Source of the DNA: Candidatus Methylomirabilota bacterium
GTDB lineage: Bacteria; Methylomirabilota; Methylomirabilia; Methylomirabilales; 2-02-FULL-66-22
Direction of reading: 5' to 3'
NCBI GenBank assembly: GCA_016208645.1
Contig: JACQXP010000106.1
Location: 1-43,879 of the forward strand
DNA: 43,879 bases
Each line of letters begins with the position of its first letter. The first letter of the stretch is position 1. Of this stretch, positions 1 to 8,541 are shown in pieces. The position numbers were made by a program, and so were the translations under genes. The notes below the pieces were generated by a model. The model did not search any database and was not told where the DNA came from. It was given only the letters and a program-made list of their open reading frames with translations.

Positions 1-116
1 CGGGCAGAGGCCCAGCCGTGGGGTGGGACGGGGTGGTCCGCCACCAGTCTTGGGGCCCGCAGTTGTCAGACCCAACGCGAACTTCGGAACCCTTCGATAA
101 TCCTGAATAAATTCTC

Positions 117-144
117 TTGACACGGCGTTTTGGCCATGTATATT
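117..144 (+). promoter_or_regulatory. candidate sigma70-type promoter of the mra/dcw operon
   Basis: TTGACA (117-122), 16-nt spacer, TATATT (139-144) preceded by TG (137-138, extended -10). Locally AT-richer, about 85 nt upstream of the mraZ ATG. Confidence 0.5.
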
Positions 145-153
145 GTCGCCGCT

Positions 154-212
154 AAGTGGGATGAAGTGGGAGAAAATGGTTTAACATCCCATCTCAGTCC
201 CATCCAGTGGGG
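154..212 (+). promoter_or_regulatory. MraZ-box-like operator repeats
   Basis: AAGTGGGA (154-161), AAGTGGGA (164-171) and AAATGGTT (174-181) at an exact 10-nt period just downstream of the -10. These are followed by inverted TCCCAT (187-192, 198-203) and GTGGGG (207-212). Confidence 0.5.
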
Positions 213-227
213 TTTGTGAGACGCGCC

Positions 228-659
228 ATGTTCCGAGGCCAATTCGAACACGCCATAGACGACAAGGGGCGCCTCAGCATCCCGGCGAAGCTCCGCGAGG
301 CGCTCAGGAAAGAGAAGACGCTGGTGCTGACCAGCTTCGACGCGTACATCACCGCATTTCCGATGAAGGCGTGGCGGGTCATCGAGGACCGCATCCGTTC
401 CAATCCGACGTTCAAGCGGGACATGCGCGACTTCCTTCGGGTGGTCTACTCGTCGGCGGAGGATGTGGAGATTGATCCCCAGGGGCGGATCCTGATCTCG
501 CAGGCCCTGCGCCAGCGCGCCGGGATCACGCGGGACGTGGTGATCCTGGGCGTCATGGACCAGATCGAGATCTGGGACAAGGCCCGCTGGACGGAGAAGG
601 CGGGGGCGGCCCCCTCGCCCGAGGAACTCTCGGCCAAGCTGGGCGAGCTGGGCGTCTAG
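228..659 (+). CDS. mraZ: transcriptional regulator MraZ
   Basis: N-terminus MFRGQFEHAIDDKGRLSIPAKLR and a second half with DPQGRILISQALR, the two MraZ/AbrB-like repeats. It is the first gene of the dcw cluster. The ORF-track start at 207 (GTG) is possible, but ATG 228 gives the canonical MFRG start. Confidence 0.93.
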   Translation: MFRGQFEHAIDDKGRLSIPAKLREALRKEKTLVLTSFDAYITAFPMKAWRVIEDRIRSNPTFKRDMRDFLRVVYSSAEDVEIDPQGRILISQALRQRAGITRDVVILGVMDQIEIWDKARWTEKAGAAPSPEELSAKLGELGV

Positions 660-907
660 AGAACGACATGCCGACCCAATGCAACCGCAAATGAACGTCC
701 GCCCGTGGCGGATCTTGCCAGGCCGTAACCTTTGCGAACCGGGCGGATCCGCCAATGGCGCGACAGATGAACGCAGATGGGCATGTCAATAACGAAAAGC
801 AATACCGGCGACGCTCGAGTGAGACCCGAGCGATTGCCGGGTGTGCGCTGTCCGTTCTCCCAGGCGCCGATGCCCGGTGAGGACGGGCGGTGGTAAAGGG
901 AGGACAC

Positions 908-1114
908 ATGGCACAGCCACGGCAGGGGCAACCGGCGCGCAAACGTCGCCGGACCGCACGACGGTGGACCCTGGGGGCCACGGCACCCGGCTGGCTCCGC
1001 CGGGTCTGGGAGGACCGCCTCCGGGAGGTTCCAAAGCCGGACGATCTCGGTGCCAGGCGAAAGAAGGTCTCGGATCTGGACCCGGCTCACATCCGACGCA
1101 TCGCCTATCTCTAG
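908..1114 (+). CDS. hypothetical small basic protein (68 aa), uncertain
   Basis: ATG 908 is preceded by AAGGGAGGA. The stop TAG (1112-1114) lies inside the SD of the next gene, suggesting coupling. Very Arg/Lys-rich, no recognisable family, only moderate GC3. Confidence 0.3.
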   Translation: MAQPRQGQPARKRRRTARRWTLGATAPGWLRRVWEDRLREVPKPDDLGARRKKVSDLDPAHIRRIAYL

Positions 1115-1124
1115 GAGGAGACCC

Positions 1125-1496
1125 ATGCTGGTTCGCTGGTCGGAACCCCACAAGGTAGCCGTCATCGATCCGCAGGGCGACCTGGGCATCCGCACCATGG
1201 TGGAGATCAAGAATACCGTCGGCGCCCTGCTGCGCGACGGCTGCCGAACGCTGATCGTGGATTGCCGCGGGGTCCAGCGCGTGGAGGCGATGGGCCTGGG
1301 CGTCCTGGTGGAGCGCCTGTGCCGCGCCCGCGACCTGGGCGGCACGCTGGCGCTGGCCGGCGTGGGCCCGGAACTGGCGGGACGGATGCAGGAGCTGCGC
1401 GTGGATTCCCTGTTCCAGGCATTCGAGTCGGTCCAGGCTGCCCTGAATATCCTGGTCGGGATCCAACCCGAGGCGGTGGCAGCCCTGGCCGCCTAG
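1125..1496 (+). CDS. STAS-domain protein (anti-sigma-factor-antagonist fold)
   Basis: ATG 1125 follows AGGAGG. The sequence ...[24 protein letters not shown]... matches the SpoIIAA/RsbV-like core, but with EAMG where DSSG is expected. Confidence 0.8.
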   Translation: MLVRWSEPHKVAVIDPQGDLGIRTMVEIKNTVGALLRDGCRTLIVDCRGVQRVEAMGLGVLVERLCRARDLGGTLALAGVGPELAGRMQELRVDSLFQAFESVQAALNILVGIQPEAVAALAA

Positions 1497-2425
1497 TGAT
1501 CGGACACGCCCCGGTCCTGCGAGCGGAGGTCCAGGCGCTCCTCCAGCCCAGGCCGGGGGGTCGGTATCTGGACGCCACGGTCGGCCTGGGCGGGCATGCG
1601 GAGGCCATCCTCCGGGCCAGCGAACCGACCGGGACGCTCCTCGGGATCGATCGGGATGGCGAGGCCCTGGGCCTGGCGAGCCAACGACTGGCGCCGTACG
1701 GGCCGCGCGTGAGGCTGCTCCAGGGACGCTACGAGGCGCTGGCGGACCTGGTGGCCGCCGAAGGAGGATTCGACGGCATCCTGTTCGACCTGGGGGCCTC
1801 ATCGCTGCAACTGGATTCGGCGGCCCGCGGCTTCTCCTTCGGGCGCGAGGGGCCCCTGGACATGCGGATGGACCAGAGCGGCGGGGAGACGGCGGCGGAC
1901 CTGGTGAACCGTCTCCCGGAGCGGGACCTGGCGGACCTGATCTTCCGCTGGGGCGAAGAGCGATGGTCCCGGAAGATCGCGCGCGCCATCGCGGAGGCGC
2001 GCCGGCGCGAAGCGATCCGGACGACCACCGCCCTGGCAGACATCGTGGCCCGCGCCATTCCCAGGGGGGCCTGGCCGCGACACATCCATCCCGCGACCCG
2101 CACGTTCCAGGCGCTGCGCATCGCCGTGAACGAGGAGCTGACGGGGCTCGGCCCCGCCCTGGAGGGGGCCGCGGATCTCCTCCGGCCCGGCGGGCGCATG
2201 GCGGTCATCAGCTTCCACTCGCTGGAGGATCGCATCGTGAAACAGACCTGGCGGCGGCTGGAGGCGTTGGAGCGGGGCCGCATCCTGACGAAGCGGCCCG
2301 TCACGCCCGGCGAGGCCGAGATCGCCGCCAACCCGCGGGCGCGCAGCGCGAAGCTGCGGGTCATGGAACGGGCACCCGGGGCCCGGGCCCGGGGGATTCC
2401 GGACTCCTTCGGAGAGGCGGCCTGA
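1496..2425 (+). CDS. rsmH: 16S rRNA (cytosine1402-N4)-methyltransferase RsmH
   Basis: HAPVLRAEV...[16 protein letters not shown]...[11 protein letters not shown]...FRWGEER...[11 protein letters not shown] are typical MraW/RsmH motifs. GTG 1496 overlaps the STAS stop by 1 nt. The ORF-track start at 1262 is an upstream artefact. Confidence 0.9.
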   Translation: MIGHAPVLRAEVQALLQPRPGGRYLDATVGLGGHAEAILRASEPTGTLLGIDRDGEALGLASQRLAPYGPRVRLLQGRYEALADLVAAEGGFDGILFDLGASSLQLDSAARGFSFGREGPLDMRMDQSGGETAADLVNRLPERDLADLIFRWGEERWSRKIARAIAEARRREAIRTTTALADIVARAIPRGAWPRHIHPATRTFQALRIAVNEELTGLGPALEGAADLLRPGGRMAVISFHSLEDRIVKQTWRRLEALERGRILTKRPVTPGEAEIAANPRARSAKLRVMERAPGARARGIPDSFGEAA

Positions 2426-2426
2426 C

Positions 2427-2789
2427 GTGTCGCAGGCGATCGGCAGCACCAGCCCCGGCGTCCGGGTCGCCCAGCGGCCCGTGGCGCGGCCCCCCGCGGC
2501 CCGGTGGGAATGGCTGGCGGTCCTCTCGCCCGCGGTCCTGGGCCTCCTGATCCTGGCGGCGGCCCTGCTCTACGTGTGGCAGCACACCAGCGTGGTCCGG
2601 CTGGGCTACGAGATCGAGCGGCTGCGGGAGCGCCAGGCGGCCCTGGTCCAGGAGAACAAGGGCCTGCGGCTCGAGCTGGGGCAGCTCCGCTCCCTCCGGC
2701 GCGTGGAGGACATCGCGCGCAGGCGTCTGGGGATGGTGGCACCCAAGCCGGGACAGGTCGTGGTGATCCCGGAGCCGGTGGTCCAATAG
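2427..2789 (+). CDS. ftsL: cell division protein FtsL-like (single TM helix plus coiled coil)
   Basis: Sits between rsmH and ftsI. Has a TM segment WLAVLSPAVLGLLILAAALLYVW followed by a heptad-like region LGYEIERLRERQAALVQENKGLRLEL. Confidence 0.75.
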   Translation: MSQAIGSTSPGVRVAQRPVARPPAARWEWLAVLSPAVLGLLILAAALLYVWQHTSVVRLGYEIERLRERQAALVQENKGLRLELGQLRSLRRVEDIARRRLGMVAPKPGQVVVIPEPVVQ

Positions 2790-2845
2790 GCCCATGTACA
2801 CCCCGCAATGATCGGCCGGCACGGCAGGGAGGAAGCCTGACAGAC

Positions 2846-4543
2846 ATGCGGCGTCGCATCCTCGGCATCTTCCTCCTGCTCTTCCTGAGCCTCGGCGGCG
2901 TTGCGGCGAAGCTCTTCTTCCTCCAGATCCAGCAGGGCGACCGCCTGGCGGAGGGCGCCACCAAGCAGTACCAGCGGCGCCTGCCGGTCCTCTCTCGCCG
3001 GGGCACGATCTCCGATCGGACCGGCCGCGAGCTGGCCGTGAGCCTGAAGGTCACCTCGGTCTTCGCCCAGCCGGCCGCCATCGAGGATGCGGCCGGGACG
3101 GCCAAGACGCTGGCCCCCATCCTGGGCCAACCCGCCAAGGACGTCCTGGCCCGGCTCACCACCGACAAGCCCTTCGTGTGGCTGGAGCGCCAACTGGACC
3201 CGCCCAAGGCGGCGGCCATCACCGACCTGAATCTCCGGGGCATCGGTCTGTTCCCGGAGAGCCGCCGGTACTATCCCCGGCAGGAGCTGGCGGCCCACGT
3301 CCTGGGCCTGGTAGGCCTGGACGACCGCGGCCTCGAGGGGCTGGAGCACCAGTACGACGGCCTTTTGGGGGGCCAGCCGCAGTTCGTGGTGGCCCAACAG
3401 GACGCCCTGGGACGGATCATCTTCCGCCAGGAAGAGTCGAGACCGCAGGCCCCAATCTTTGACCTCACCCTGACCATTGACGAGGTGATCCAGTACATCG
3501 CCGAGCGGGAACTGGCCCGCGCGGTGGAGCGCTCCCGGGCCAAGGCCGGAACCGCGATCGTGATGGATCCCTCGACCGGCGACATCCTGGCCCTGGCGAA
3601 CCAGCCGACCTATGATCCCAACACCTATCGCAAGACCACCAGCGCCGCCCGCCGCAACCGGGCCGTCACCGATGCCTTCGAGCCCGGCTCGGTCTTCAAG
3701 GTGATCCTCCTGGCCGGCGCCCTGGAGGAAGGGGTGGTCCGCCCGGGCGACCGGTTCCACGGGGAGAACGGGGCCATCGAGGTGAGCGGCGTCACCATCC
3801 GGGATCACGAGAAGTACGGGTGGCTGACGGTCCAACAGATCCTGGCCCAGTCCAGCAACGTGGGCGCCATCAAGATCGGGCAGAAGCTGGGCAAGAGCCT
3901 CTACTACCACTACATCAGCGGCTTCGGCTTCGGCAGCCCGACGGGGCTGGACCTGCCCGGGGAGACGCCGGGCCTCATGCGGCGCCCCCGGGGCTGGTCG
4001 GCCCTGTCCCTGTCGGTCCTGTCCCTGGGGCAGGAGATCTCGGTGACACCCGTGCAGATCGCCGCGGCCTTCTCGGCCGTGGCCAACGGCGGGAACCTGG
4101 TCCGTCCCCACGTCGTGCGCGGCCTGCGGTCGGTGGACGGCTCGCTCTCCCGCCAGGTGGAGCCGGTGGTGATCCGCCGCGTCATCTCCCCGGAGACGGC
4201 GCGGATGCTCCTGGACATGCTGCGGGGCGTGGTGGAGGAGGGCACGGGCAAGGAAGCGGCCCTGGAGGAGTATAGCGTGGCGGGCAAGACCGGTACGGCA
4301 CAGAAGCTGGATCCCGCCACCGGCCGCTATTCCCACCAGAAGGTCGTGGCCTCTTTCGTCGGCGCGGTTCCGGCCGAGGCCCCCCGGCTGGTGATCCTGG
4401 TACTGATTGACGAGCCCGAGACGCTCCGCTGGGGCGGCTCCGTCGCCGCGCCCACGTTCCGGGAGATCGCCCGGGACGCCCTGAAGTATCTTCAAGTGCC
4501 GCCCTCGCCGGCGCGCGACGTGCGGCTGGTCCGCGCGAGCTAG
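2846..4543 (+). CDS. ftsI: peptidoglycan D,D-transpeptidase FtsI (class B PBP)
   Basis: ATG 2846 follows GGGAGG. N-terminal TM anchor, then SVFK (SxxK), SSN (SxN) and KTGT motifs. The ORF-track start at 2504 overlaps ftsL and is rejected. Confidence 0.92.
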   Translation: MRRRILGIFLLLFLSLGGVAAKLFFLQIQQGDRLAEGATKQYQRRLPVLSRRGTISDRTGRELAVSLKVTSVFAQPAAIEDAAGTAKTLAPILGQPAKDVLARLTTDKPFVWLERQLDPPKAAAITDLNLRGIGLFPESRRYYPRQELAAHVLGLVGLDDRGLEGLEHQYDGLLGGQPQFVVAQQDALGRIIFRQEESRPQAPIFDLTLTIDEVIQYIAERELARAVERSRAKAGTAIVMDPSTGDILALANQPTYDPNTYRKTTSAARRNRAVTDAFEPGSVFKVILLAGALEEGVVRPGDRFHGENGAIEVSGVTIRDHEKYGWLTVQQILAQSSNVGAIKIGQKLGKSLYYHYISGFGFGSPTGLDLPGETPGLMRRPRGWSALSLSVLSLGQEISVTPVQIAAAFSAVANGGNLVRPHVVRGLRSVDGSLSRQVEPVVIRRVISPETARMLLDMLRGVVEEGTGKEAALEEYSVAGKTGTAQKLDPATGRYSHQKVVASFVGAVPAEAPRLVILVLIDEPETLRWGGSVAAPTFREIARDALKYLQVPPSPARDVRLVRAS

Positions 4544-4545
4544 CC

Positions 4546-6078
4546 ATGCGCCTGGACCAGCTCCTCTCGGGCTGGGCCGGGGCAGAGGTGACCGGTCCCA
4601 CCGCCGTCGAGATCACCGGCGTAGGCCACGATTCGCGGACGGTCGGCCCGGGGTCCCTGTTCGTGTGCATCCGGGGATTCCGGCAGGACGGTCACGCCTA
4701 CATCGCGGACGCCCGGGCCCGGGGCGCCGCGGCCGTCATGGTCGAGCAGGACCCCGCGGCGCTCCGCATCCCGGCGGGGATGACGGTGATCCGGGTGGGG
4801 AACACCCGCCTGGGCCTGGCCGCCGCGGCCGGCAAGTTCTTTGAGAACCCCAGTGCCTCCCTCCGCCTGATCGGCGTCACCGGGACCAACGGAAAGACCA
4901 CGACCGCCTATCTCGTGGAGGCGATCCTGGCGGCCGCGGGGCACACCGCCGGACTGCTCGGCACCATCGAGTACCGGTGCGGGGCGGTGACCTTCCCCGG
5001 AGAGCGGACCACGCCGGAATCGAGCGACCTGCAATCGCTGCTGGCCCGGATGCGCGATCTGCATGCCTGGGGGGCCGTCATGGAGGTCTCGTCCCACTCG
5101 CTGGCGCTCTCCCGGGTGGACGGGTGCGAGTTCGACGTGGGGATCTTCACCAATCTGACCCAGGACCACCTGGACTTCCACGGGACCATGGAGGCGTATG
5201 CCGAGGCCAAGGCCCGGCTGTTCCGGATGCTGGGGACGGACCGGCGGAAGCCGGGCGAGGCCGCGGCCGTGCTGAACGCCGACGATCCCCGGACGCCGCT
5301 CATGGCCCAGGCCACCCGGGCCCGCGTGATCCGCTATGGGATCGCGGCCGAGGCGGACCTCCGCGCGCGGGAGATGTCGCTGAGCCTGGCCGGGATCCGG
5401 GCGACTGTCACGTCGCCCTGGGGGGCCATGGAGATGGCCTCTCCCCTCGTCGGGCAGTACAACGTCGCCAACTGCCTGGGGGCCGCGGCCGCGGCCCTCC
5501 ACCTTGGCGTGGCCCCTGACCAGGTGATAACGGGGATCGCCAACCTTCGCGCCGTGCCGGGCCGCTTCGAGAAGGTGGAGGCGGGGCAGCCCTTCGGGGT
5601 CGTCGTGGACTATGCCCACACGCCGGATGCGCTGGAGCGGGTCCTCCAGACCGCCCGGGAGTTTGCGCGGGGCCGGGTCATCGCGGTCTTCGGCTGCGGC
5701 GGGGACCGGGACCGGGGCAAGCGCCCCCTGATGGGCGAGGCGGCGGCCCGCCTGGCGGACTTCGTGGTGGCGACCTCGGACAATCCGCGGAGCGAGGACC
5801 CGCTGGCCATCCTGGCGGAGATCGAGGCCGGAATCAAAAAGGCGTACGGCGGCTCCGACCGGCATGTTACAATTCCTGATCGCCGCGAGGCCCTGGGGGC
5901 CGCCCTGGCCCGGGCGCGGGCGGGCGATCTCGTGGTGATTGCGGGCAAGGGGCACGAGACCTACCAGGTTCTCCGAGACCGCACGATCCCCTTCGACGAT
6001 CGGGTGGTGGCGAAAGAGGCGTTGGCGACCCTGGGGTACGCCGGGCAGGGGCCCGGGGTGGTTTCCGGGGGCCGCTGA
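4546..6078 (+). CDS. murE: UDP-MurNAc-L-Ala-D-Glu--2,6-diaminopimelate ligase MurE
   Basis: GVTGTNGKTTT P-loop and a DNPRSEDP motif (DAP-type). Position after ftsI. Confidence 0.95.
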   Translation: MRLDQLLSGWAGAEVTGPTAVEITGVGHDSRTVGPGSLFVCIRGFRQDGHAYIADARARGAAAVMVEQDPAALRIPAGMTVIRVGNTRLGLAAAAGKFFENPSASLRLIGVTGTNGKTTTAYLVEAILAAAGHTAGLLGTIEYRCGAVTFPGERTTPESSDLQSLLARMRDLHAWGAVMEVSSHSLALSRVDGCEFDVGIFTNLTQDHLDFHGTMEAYAEAKARLFRMLGTDRRKPGEAAAVLNADDPRTPLMAQATRARVIRYGIAAEADLRAREMSLSLAGIRATVTSPWGAMEMASPLVGQYNVANCLGAAAAALHLGVAPDQVITGIANLRAVPGRFEKVEAGQPFGVVVDYAHTPDALERVLQTAREFARGRVIAVFGCGGDRDRGKRPLMGEAAARLADFVVATSDNPRSEDPLAILAEIEAGIKKAYGGSDRHVTIPDRREALGAALARARAGDLVVIAGKGHETYQVLRDRTIPFDDRVVAKEALATLGYAGQGPGVVSGGR

Positions 6079-6090
6079 TGGAGTCTCTCC

Positions 6091-6861
6091 GTGTTGGCAC
6101 GAATCAACGGGCTGGACACCTACTTCAGCGTGGAGGGCCGGGGCGAACCCGTGGTCCTGCTCCACGGGTGGGGGGCCTCCAGCCAGAGCTTTGGCGGCCT
6201 CACGGCGGCCCTGGCGGAGGCCTTCCGCGTCCTGGCCGTGGACCTTCCCGGCTTCGGGTGGAGCCAGGCCCCGCCGGTCGCCTGGGGAATCGCGGACTAT
6301 GCGGGGCACGTCCTGCGGCTGCTCCAGGAGGCCGGGGTCGGCCGGGCGGCCCTCCTCGGCCACTCCTTCGGGGGACGGATCGCCATCGCGCTGGCGGCCA
6401 GGCAGCCGGCGCGGGTCTCCCGGCTGGTCCTGGTGGCCAGCGCCGGGATCCGGCCGCGGCGGCGCGCCGGCTACTATGCCCGCGTGGCCGCGGCCAAGCT
6501 GGCGAGGAGGTTTTTCTCCCTGCCCGGCTGGGGGGCCACCGGCGAGCGGATCATCGCGAGGGTGTCCGGGCGGCTCGGCTCCCGGGATTACCGCAGGGCG
6601 GGGCCGATGCGGCCCACCCTGGTGAAGGTGGGGAACGAGGATCTCACGCCCCTCTTGCCGGCGATCCAGGCGCCCACGCTGATCCTGTGGGGGGACCAGG
6701 ACCAGGAGGTGCCGAGGAGCGCGATGGAGACCGTGGCCGCCGGGATCCCGCGATCGCGCCTGGTGGTGTTCGGCGGGGCCGGTCATTTTCCCTTCCTGGA
6801 CGTGCCGGAGAAGTTCTGCGGGATGGTGAAAGACTTCTTGCAGGTGGGAGGAATGGCGTGA
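6091..6861 (+). CDS. alpha/beta-fold hydrolase
   Basis: HGWG oxyanion motif, GHSFGG nucleophile elbow, and C-terminal GAGHFPFLD (His of the triad). GTG 6091. Its stop overlaps the murF start (GTGA). Confidence 0.85.
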   Translation: MLARINGLDTYFSVEGRGEPVVLLHGWGASSQSFGGLTAALAEAFRVLAVDLPGFGWSQAPPVAWGIADYAGHVLRLLQEAGVGRAALLGHSFGGRIAIALAARQPARVSRLVLVASAGIRPRRRAGYYARVAAAKLARRFFSLPGWGATGERIIARVSGRLGSRDYRRAGPMRPTLVKVGNEDLTPLLPAIQAPTLILWGDQDQEVPRSAMETVAAGIPRSRLVVFGGAGHFPFLDVPEKFCGMVKDFLQVGGMA

Positions 6862-8534
6862 CCGCCTCGCCGATGCGCTGGGCGAGGGACGCCGTCGGCT
6901 GGGCGGCCCGGCTCCTGCTGCCGTACGCGGTGGTCGTCGCGGCGCGCCACCTGGATTGCGTCTATATCCTGCAACTGGAGCGGTACAAGCCCGACCGGTA
7001 CGCCCGCTGGCTGGGGCTGCACCGGCGGGCGGCCCTGCCGGGCCTGGAGATCGGCCTGCAGATCCTGACGGTGGCTCTGGCACTCGTCCTGGGCCAGGTC
7101 GGGATCCACTGGCTGGCCGCCTACGGCGTGTGGCTCGCCACCGGGCACGTCATCCTGGCGCGCCGCCGGTCGCTCCAGGTGAGCCAGCGCCTCCAGTACA
7201 CGCCGAGGGCGATCCGCGTCCTGCTGGCGGCCTTCGGTATCGGCGCGCTGCTGGTGGGCGGCCTCCTTGCGCTCGTCGGGCACCTCCCGGCGCCGGGTGG
7301 CCTGCTTCCCCGCTGGATCCTGGGGGGCATCGGTGGCCTGGCCCTGGCGGGGATCCTGGCGCCCCTCGCCGTCTGGGCCGCGGCGGCCGCGCTGAGCCCG
7401 GTGGAGCGCGGGATCGCACGAACGTTCCTGGTCGAAGCGGAGCGCCGGATGCGCGCCTACCCGGGCCGGGTCATCGGCATCACCGGCAGCTACGGGAAGA
7501 CCACGACCAAGTTCATCGCGGCCGATCTTCTGGCCTCGCGCTACCGGGTCCTCAAGACGCCCGATGGCGTGAACACCACCATGGGGATCACGCGGGTGAT
7601 CCGGGAGGACCTCCGCGACGAGCACGAGCTGTTCGTGGTGGAGGTGGCCGCCTACGGGCCCGGGGAGATCCGCGAGGTCTGCGACATCCTGCGGCCCCGG
7701 CTGGGGATTCTCACAGCCGTGGGGGTGCAGCACCTGGAGCGGTTCGGGACCGAGGCGGCCATCGCCGAGGCGAAGTACGAGCTGCTGGCGGCGCTGCCGG
7801 CGGACGGCACGGCCGTGGTGAACGCCGACGATCCGGTGTGCCTGGCGCTGGCGGCGCGGGCCCGGTCGGACGGCAAGCGGGTGCTGCTGTACGGGATGGG
7901 GGAGGCGCCGCGGGACCTGGCGGTGCGGGCCACCGAGGTGCACAGCAGCGCCCGGGGCACCAGTTTTCGCGTCGTGACGGGCGACGGCGAGGCGGTTCCT
8001 TTCCAGACCCGGCTGCTGGGACGCTGGAACCTCTCCAACATCCTGGCCGCCATCGCGGGGGCGCGGGAACTCGGCGTGCCGTTCCCGGCGCTGCGCGAGG
8101 CCGTGGCAGGGCTCGCCCCCCCGCCCAAGCGGCTGGAGGTCCGGGAGGAGGGCGGCATCGTCAAGATCCTGGACGTGGCCAACGCCAACCCCCGGGGGGC
8201 GCAGATGGCCCTGGAGGTGCTCGCCCAGTTTCCGGGCGGAGCGCGGATCCTCATCACGCCGGGCATGGTCGAGCTGGGCCCCATCGAGGCGGAGGAGAAT
8301 CGCCGCTTCGGCCAGGCGGCCGCGGCGGTGTGCGATCACGTGGTCCTGGTCGGGCCGGAGCAGACGCGCCCCATCCGGGACGGCCTCCTCCAGCAGGGCT
8401 TCCCCGCGGATCGGATCCTGACCGCCCGGAACGCCGACGAGGTGGCGGAACGCCTGGCCGCGATCGTGCGACCGGGAGACATCCTGCTGTACGAGAACCG
8501 CTTGCCCGACACCTACCTGGAGGTCGGGACGTGA
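6858..8534 (+). CDS. murF: UDP-MurNAc-tripeptide--D-Ala-D-Ala ligase MurF with an N-terminal polytopic membrane region
   Basis: GITGSYGKTTTK P-loop and PGMVELG (MurF-type DMLELG-like) motif. The first ~190 aa form 4-5 hydrophobic helices instead of the usual soluble domain 1. GTG 6858 (alternative ATG 6873). The 818-aa ORF-track version starting at 6078 overlaps the hydrolase and is rejected. Confidence 0.8.
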   Translation: MTASPMRWARDAVGWAARLLLPYAVVVAARHLDCVYILQLERYKPDRYARWLGLHRRAALPGLEIGLQILTVALALVLGQVGIHWLAAYGVWLATGHVILARRRSLQVSQRLQYTPRAIRVLLAAFGIGALLVGGLLALVGHLPAPGGLLPRWILGGIGGLALAGILAPLAVWAAAAALSPVERGIARTFLVEAERRMRAYPGRVIGITGSYGKTTTKFIAADLLASRYRVLKTPDGVNTTMGITRVIREDLRDEHELFVVEVAAYGPGEIREVCDILRPRLGILTAVGVQHLERFGTEAAIAEAKYELLAALPADGTAVVNADDPVCLALAARARSDGKRVLLYGMGEAPRDLAVRATEVHSSARGTSFRVVTGDGEAVPFQTRLLGRWNLSNILAAIAGARELGVPFPALREAVAGLAPPPKRLEVREEGGIVKILDVANANPRGAQMALEVLAQFPGGARILITPGMVELGPIEAEENRRFGQAAAAVCDHVVLVGPEQTRPIRDGLLQQGFPADRILTARNADEVAERLAAIVRPGDILLYENRLPDTYLEVGT

Positions 8535-8541
8535 GACTGCC

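Noticed and set aside
1-116. Possible 3' end of an upstream gene at the window start
   Set aside because: An open frame ends at 118-120, but its translation has no recognisable features and the fragment is too short to call.
4540-7083. Very long minus-strand ORFs (4540-7083, 8254-9813, 12116-13864, 18180-20036, 23264-25303, 27943-30036, 38362-40311, 41894-43843 and others)
   Set aside because: These are antisense shadow ORFs typical of GC-rich DNA. Their translations are Arg/Pro/Gly/His-rich with no motifs, and each lies opposite a gene with clear family signatures.
6078-8534. 818-aa ORF giving MurF a further 260-aa N-terminal extension
   Set aside because: The extension overlaps the alpha/beta hydrolase gene in another frame and is Gly/Arg/Pro-rich GC-frame noise. 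GTG 6858, overlapping the hydrolase stop, is the sensible start.
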